DNA of 64,000 nt, taken from an uncultured Prolixibacteraceae bacterium (GTDB lineage Bacteria > Bacteroidota > Bacteroidia > Bacteroidales > Prolixibacteraceae). Below the pieces are notes generated by a model. It had not been told where the DNA came from, made no database searches, and saw only the letters and a program-made list of their open reading frames with translations. Positions 58,799 to 64,000 of the stretch are shown here, one piece after another. The stretch covers positions 24,442 to 88,441 of the forward strand of contig CAILJH010000239.1 in NCBI GenBank assembly GCA_903834475.1, written 5' to 3'. Every line of letters begins with the position of its first letter. Positions within the stretch are counted from its first letter, which is position 1. Position numbers and translations under genes: made by a program.

Positions 58799-59509
58799 AT
58801 GGCGACATTTGAACTGGCAAAAGCCATCCTGAAGGATTTGGTAAGATACACCAATCCAGAGCGGGTAAAGAAGATTGCGACAGATCATCCCACTTCGATG
58901 CAGGTACTTGGATTAAAAGTTCCTGATCAGCGAAAAGTAATAGATGAATGGCGAAAAAAGTTAAACCATTTCACTGAAGTAGAATGGATTGACCTGGCAT
59001 TGGAATTGGTAGGATTGGATATTCTCGAATGCCAGCAGGTGGCTTTTGAATTCATCTGGAAAAACAAAAAAGCACTTCAGGCAATAAGTCCGGAACAGAT
59101 TTTCGCACTCGGAAGAACTTTGGATAATTGGGTGTCGGTTGATATGTATTGCCTGAGCATTACCGGGTACTGCTGGCGAACCGGAAAACTTCAGGACGAA
59201 ACCATCATTCAATGGGCAAAAAATGAAAACCGATGGATCAGGAGAACAGCTTTGGTCAGTACAGTTCCTTTGAATCTGCGTTCGCGCGGAGGAACAGGCG
59301 ATGTTGAGCGCTCACTTTTGATTTGCAGACTGCTCGTTTCTGATTTCGATGATATGATTGTGAAGGCCATGTCGTGGGCTTTGCGCGAATTGTCAAAATC
59401 CGACAAACAGGCCGTTGTCAGGTTTATGGAGGAAAATAACAGCCAACTTCATCCAAGAGTAAAGCGGGAAGTTCAAACCAAACTCACAACAGGCAAAAAA
59501 AATGGTTAA
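58799..59509 (+). CDS. DNA alkylation repair protein (AlkD-like HEAT repeat)
   Basis: LGLKVP..R, LDNWVSVD, NRWIRRTA, KAMSWALRE. Confidence 0.85.
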   Translation: MATFELAKAILKDLVRYTNPERVKKIATDHPTSMQVLGLKVPDQRKVIDEWRKKLNHFTEVEWIDLALELVGLDILECQQVAFEFIWKNKKALQAISPEQIFALGRTLDNWVSVDMYCLSITGYCWRTGKLQDETIIQWAKNENRWIRRTALVSTVPLNLRSRGGTGDVERSLLICRLLVSDFDDMIVKAMSWALRELSKSDKQAVVRFMEENNSQLHPRVKREVQTKLTTGKKNG

Positions 59510-59559
59510 AGCTCATAAAATCATTTAATTTTGCACCTGTTTACTGAAATCTACTGAAA

Positions 59560-60600
59560 ATGAATTCATACGCGGCAAAACGTCTGGCTCTATATATCAC
59601 GTCACTGTTACTGATTTCTAATTTTGGCTTCTACCTGATTCTGTCGGAGAAAGATTATGGGCTGTTCTTTTCTGTCATTTTCATCATTTTGTTCTGTGCA
59701 ATTTCCTACATCCTGGTCGTATTTATCCTGAACCGTTACATCAACGATAAGATCAAACCCATTTATAAAACAATCCGCGATGTTCCGATCAGCGGGAAAA
59801 AGAACAAACTTCTGGAACAGATAAGTACAACCAACATTACGGATGTTCAGAAAGAAGTGGAAGAATGGGCCAAAAATCAGACCGAGGAAATCACACGACT
59901 GAAAGATTTGGAGCGGTACCGAAAAGAGTTTGTCGGAAATGTATCACACGAACTCAAAACACCGATTTTCAACATTCAGGGATATGTTCTTACTTTGCTC
60001 GACGGGGGTATTGACGATCCAAAAATCAATAAATTATATCTGCAACGAACCGAGAAAAGTATCGACCGGATGATTTCCATTGTGGAAGACCTGGAGTCGA
60101 TTACCAAACTCGAATCGGGCGAACTGAAGATCAACCTGGCAAATTTCGATCTGGTACGATTAACGGAAGATGTGTTCGATCTGGCCCAGATGATGGCCAA
60201 TGAACGAAGTATCTCGCTGGAGTTTGCTACCAAAACCGACAAGGCGGTCATGGTCAATGCCGACAAAAAGCGGATCATGGAAGTCATGAACAACCTGGTT
60301 GGGAATGGTATAAAGTATGGGAAAAAATGGGGTCAGGTGAAAGTCGGTTTTTATGACTTGCATGAAACGATCCTGATCGAAGTCAGCGATAACGGGATTG
60401 GTATGGAGAAAAAGAATCTGCCCCGTATTTTTGAACGTTTCTACCGGGTTGACAAATCCCGTTCACGGGAGCAGGGAGGCACAGGACTGGGCTTATCTAT
60501 CGTAAAACACATCATTGAAGCACACGATCAAACGATCAACGTGAAAAGCGTTGCCGATAAAGGAACGACTTTCACATTTACCCTTGAAAAGGCAAAATAG
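59560..60600 (+). CDS. Sensor histidine kinase (PhoR-like)
   Basis: NVSHELKTP, NLVGNGIKY, DNGIG, FERFYRVDKSRSR, GGTGLGL. Confidence 0.93.
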   Translation: MNSYAAKRLALYITSLLLISNFGFYLILSEKDYGLFFSVIFIILFCAISYILVVFILNRYINDKIKPIYKTIRDVPISGKKNKLLEQISTTNITDVQKEVEEWAKNQTEEITRLKDLERYRKEFVGNVSHELKTPIFNIQGYVLTLLDGGIDDPKINKLYLQRTEKSIDRMISIVEDLESITKLESGELKINLANFDLVRLTEDVFDLAQMMANERSISLEFATKTDKAVMVNADKKRIMEVMNNLVGNGIKYGKKWGQVKVGFYDLHETILIEVSDNGIGMEKKNLPRIFERFYRVDKSRSREQGGTGLGLSIVKHIIEAHDQTINVKSVADKGTTFTFTLEKAK

Positions 60601-60732
60601 CAGATTTCATTCATTTACTGGCAAAAAAGCATACCCAATTAACATGAAATTGCTAATTTTCAGCCAATTTTGACGTTATTATTTCGTCTTAGTGAAAAAA
60701 CCGCTACTTTTAAATTTTAATTCAAAATTATT

Positions 60733-61437
60733 ATGAGCGAAAGTCAATCAAAGATTCTACTGGTAGACGATGAAGTTGATATTCTCGAATTTGTCAGCTA
60801 CAACCTGGAGAAAGAAGGTTACAAAGTATATACTGCACAGAATGGTGCAGAAGCAATAAAATTGGCGGAAAAAACACTTCCTGATTTAATTATTCTGGAT
60901 GTAATGATGCCTGAAATGGATGGTATTGCAGCATGTGAAGAAATCAGAAGAATTCCGGCGCTTCAGCACACTATGATCGCATTTTTAACTGCCAGGGGTG
61001 AGGATTATTCGCAGATTGCAGGATTCGATGCAGGTGCCGACGATTACATCACCAAACCAATCAGGCCGAAGGTGCTGATAAGCAGAGTGAAGGCGCTGCT
61101 AAAACGAACAACTGCTCCGGGACTTCCTCAGGCAGCTGTTGTTGAAAATACACACACGGTTACCGTCGGAACCCTTGTTATCGACAAGGAACGTTACCTG
61201 ATCATTCAGGATGGAAAAGAAATGATTCTTCCACGGAAGGAATTCGAATTGTTGTCGTTACTGGTTTCGAAACCCGGAAAAGTATTTACCCGCGAAGAAA
61301 TCTATTATTCAGTATGGGGCGACAATGTTGTGGTTGGCGACCGTACCATCGATGTGCATATCAGGAAATTGCGCGAAAAAATAGGAAATGACCATATCAA
61401 AACGCTGAAAGGAATCGGCTATAAATTTGTAGAATAG
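60733..61437 (+). CDS. OmpR/PhoB family response regulator
   Basis: LLVDDE, LDVMMP, GADDYITKP, RTIDVHIRKLREK, GIGYKF. Confidence 0.95.
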   Translation: MSESQSKILLVDDEVDILEFVSYNLEKEGYKVYTAQNGAEAIKLAEKTLPDLIILDVMMPEMDGIAACEEIRRIPALQHTMIAFLTARGEDYSQIAGFDAGADDYITKPIRPKVLISRVKALLKRTTAPGLPQAAVVENTHTVTVGTLVIDKERYLIIQDGKEMILPRKEFELLSLLVSKPGKVFTREEIYYSVWGDNVVVGDRTIDVHIRKLREKIGNDHIKTLKGIGYKFVE

Positions 61438-61490
61438 TTCCGTAGATTCTATTTCCAAATATTCATTTTCATTTTGTTGAAGCTGAAGTA

Positions 61491-61537
61491 AAAACCAAAC
61501 TAATTTGTCCTGAAATGGAAGATTGGTTTGGTTTTTT
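61491..61537 (+). terminator. Intrinsic terminator
   Basis: AAAACCAAACTAATTT...AGATTGGTTTGGTTTTTT. Confidence 0.65.
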
Positions 61538-61597
61538 CGCTTTCAAATTTTTCTATATTTGTACCTTTCAAAAAATAAGGCTGTAATATAAGTTCCG

Positions 61598-64000
61598 ATG
61601 AGCAATAAATTTCAGGTTTACAAGCAATTAGACCTCTCACAAATTAATAAGGATATTCTGAAAAGATGGGAAGAAGATGATACTTTTCACCAAAGTATTT
61701 CGACCCGTGAAGGTCATCCAACGTTTGTTTTTTACGAAGGACCTCCGTCGGCTAACGGAATGCCGGGTATTCATCATGTGATGGCACGGGCAATTAAAGA
61801 TACATTTTGCCGCTACAAAACCATGAAAGGCTTCCGTGTTCACCGCAAAGCCGGATGGGACACGCATGGATTGCCGGTGGAACTTGCTGTTGAGAAAACG
61901 CTTGGAATTACCAAAGATGACATCGGAAAAAAAATCAGTGTAGCCGAATACAATGCTGCCTGCCGCACCGAAGTCATGAAATATACCCGTGAATGGGAAG
62001 AATTGACCCGCCTGATGGGCTATTGGGTGAACATGGACGATCCGTATATTACATACGATAGCCGTTACATGGAAACGGTTTGGTACTTGTTGAAACAGCT
62101 TTTCGATAAAAACCTGCTTTATAAAGGGTATTCGATTCAACCCTATTCGCCAGCTGCTGGTACTGGACTAAGTTCTCATGAACTAAACCAGCCCGGATGT
62201 TACCGCGATGTAAAAGATACTACCGCTGTCGCTCAGTTTAAAGCCATCCGGAATGAAAAATCGGAATTCCTTTACGAAAACGTGGAAACCGATCTTTACT
62301 TTCTGGCCTGGACCACCACTCCCTGGACTTTATCTTCAAATACTGCACTTTGTGTTGGTCCGAAAATCGCTTACCTGAAAGTCCGGACATTTAATCCATA
62401 TACCGGTGAGCCTGTTACCCTGATTTTGGCCAAGAATCTGCTTGCGGCCCATTTCGATCCAAAGAATGAAAGTCTGGCCTTGGACGATTACAGCCCGGGC
62501 GATAAAAAAATACCTTACGGCGTTTTGGGCGAGTACATCGGAACCGAACTTCAGGGAATCGACTACGAACAATTAATTGATTGGGTAAAACCGAAAGGTG
62601 ATGCTTTTCGGGTAATTACAGGCGATTTTGTTACTACCGAAGATGGTACGGGTATCGTTCATATTGCGCCGACATTTGGAGCCGACGACGACAGGGTAGC
62701 CAAACAACATGGAATTTCACCGTTGATTGTGGATGATCTGGAAGGAAAACGGCAGCCTTTGGTTGACCGTAACGGTCGTTTTTTCCTGATTGAAAATATG
62801 GATCCCACTTTTGTTGCCGAATATGTGAATCAGCTTTCGTATTATGAATTTGCCGGACGTTTCGTCAAAAATGCATACGACGAAACGCTGACGGACGACG
62901 ACTCCACAGTGGATATCGATATCTGCGTAATGCTGAAAAAGGAAAACAAAGCTTTCAAGGTTGAAAAGCATGTTCATACCTACCCGCATTGCTGGAGAAC
63001 TGATAAGCCAATCCTTTATTATCCGCTCGATTCATGGTTCATTCGCACCACAGCCGTTAAAGATAAAATGATTGCCCTCAACAATACGATCAACTGGAAA
63101 CCGGTATCAACCGGAACCGGACGTTTTGGAAACTGGCTGGAAAACCTCGTCGACTGGAACCTTAGCCGGTCTCGGTTTTGGGGAACTCCACTGCCAATCT
63201 GGAGAACTGAAGACGGTCTGGAAACCAAATGCATCGGTTCGGTTGAAGAATTGATGACCGAAATGAACGCCGCTGTTGCTGCCGGTGTATTGGATAAAAA
63301 TATCTTCGAAGGATTTGAAATTGGGAACAATTCCAAAGAAAATTATGAGCTTATTGACCTTCACCGTCCTTTTGTCGACGACATATTCCTGGTTTCTGTT
63401 TCAGGTAAAAAAATGTTTCGTGAGACTGACCTGATCGACGTTTGGTTCGATTCAGGTTCCATGCCATATGCACAAAGTCATTTCCCATTTGAAAATAAGG
63501 AAAAATTCAACCAGGTATTTCCCGCCGACTTTATTGCAGAAGGAGTTGACCAGACGCGCGGATGGTTTTTCACCTTGCATGCCATCGCTACAATGATCGA
63601 TGAATCGGTGGCATTTAAAAATATAATTTCGAACGGACTGGTATTGGATAAAAACGGCAACAAAATGTCGAAGAGACTGGGCAATGCAGTCGACCCGTTT
63701 GTAACCATCGAAGAAAACGGTTCCGATCCGTTGCGCTGGTATTTGCTGACCAACTCACAACCCTGGGACAACCTTAAATTTGACATTTCAGGCGTCGATG
63801 AAGTCAAGCGTAAATTCTTCGGGACGCTTTACAATACTTACAATTTCTTCGCGATGTATGCCAACATCGACGGGTTCACTTTTGCTGAGGATGAAATTCC
63901 TGTTGATGAAAGGCCTGAACTTGATCGATGGATAATTTCGTTGCTGAATACCTTGATCAAAGAAGTTGGCGAAAGCTATGAAACATACGAACCAACACGT
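61598..64000 (+). CDS. ileS: Isoleucine--tRNA ligase, type 2 (partial, runs off window end)
   Basis: Hand translation from ATG 61598: YEGPPSANGMPGIHH, GWDTHGLPVE, WTTTPWTL, GTGIVH, DWNLSRSRFWG, KMSKR; not in the ORF track. Confidence 0.97.
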   Translation, partial: MSNKFQVYKQLDLSQINKDILKRWEEDDTFHQSISTREGHPTFVFYEGPPSANGMPGIHHVMARAIKDTFCRYKTMKGFRVHRKAGWDTHGLPVELAVEKTLGITKDDIGKKISVAEYNAACRTEVMKYTREWEELTRLMGYWVNMDDPYITYDSRYMETVWYLLKQLFDKNLLYKGYSIQPYSPAAGTGLSSHELNQPGCYRDVKDTTAVAQFKAIRNEKSEFLYENVETDLYFLAWTTTPWTLSSNTALCVGPKIAYLKVRTFNPYTGEPVTLILAKNLLAAHFDPKNESLALDDYSPGDKKIPYGVLGEYIGTELQGIDYEQLIDWVKPKGDAFRVITGDFVTTEDGTGIVHIAPTFGADDDRVAKQHGISPLIVDDLEGKRQPLVDRNGRFFLIENMDPTFVAEYVNQLSYYEFAGRFVKNAYDETLTDDDSTVDIDICVMLKKENKAFKVEKHVHTYPHCWRTDKPILYYPLDSWFIRTTAVKDKMIALNNTINWKPVSTGTGRFGNWLENLVDWNLSRSRFWGTPLPIWRTEDGLETKCIGSVEELMTEMNAAVAAGVLDKNIFEGFEIGNNSKENYELIDLHRPFVDDIFLVSVSGKKMFRETDLIDVWFDSGSMPYAQSHFPFENKEKFNQVFPADFIAEGVDQTRGWFFTLHAIATMIDESVAFKNIISNGLVLDKNGNKMSKRLGNAVDPFVTIEENGSDPLRWYLLTNSQPWDNLKFDISGVDEVKRKFFGTLYNTYNFFAMYANIDGFTFAEDEIPVDERPELDRWIISLLNTLIKEVGESYETYEPTR

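Noticed and set aside
61637-63807. Several minus-strand ORFs of 78-167 aa
   Set aside because: Antisense shadows of ileS.

Overview
A mostly core-chromosome segment of a Bacteroidota genome, probably Prolixibacteraceae/Marinilabiliales. The evidence is TAnnTTTG -7 promoter boxes, a T9SS-sorted protein, gldA, long-form ispG and type-2 ileS. It carries about 50 CDS, including a GPH sugar symporter with GH94 cellobiose phosphorylase, an Aas-like ligase-ACP-acyltransferase, mprF-acvB, groES/groL, trpS, hicAB, a B12-binding radical SAM gene, a cobalamin-riboswitch-led oxidoreductase-btuFCD operon, padR-pspC, GH172, lysC, rfbB, mtnA with an aldolase-mtnP fusion, an AAA_14/DUF4143 ATPase, metK behind a SAM-II riboswitch, a two-component pair and ileS. 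No rRNA, tRNA, CRISPR array, transposase or integrase was recognised. Most notable: (1) an integrase-free 733-bp DUF4160/DUF2442 cassette bracketed by two synonymously diverged copies of the lysC 3' end; (2) three direct repeats at an exact 33-bp period over the AAA_14/DUF4143 promoter; (3) an exported Gfo/Idh/MocA oxidoreductase sitting where btuB is expected behind a B12 riboswitch that carries an inserted inverted-repeat element; (4) an aldolase-MtnP in-frame fusion suggesting a DHAP-shunt-like salvage route; (5) several tiny palindromic or short-period repeat families, one nested inside another; (6) an extra periplasmic domain in the GPH symporter; (7) a sigma54-like promoter before groES; (8) an in-frame TAG splitting pspC. 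All family calls come from reading motifs by eye; no searches were run.
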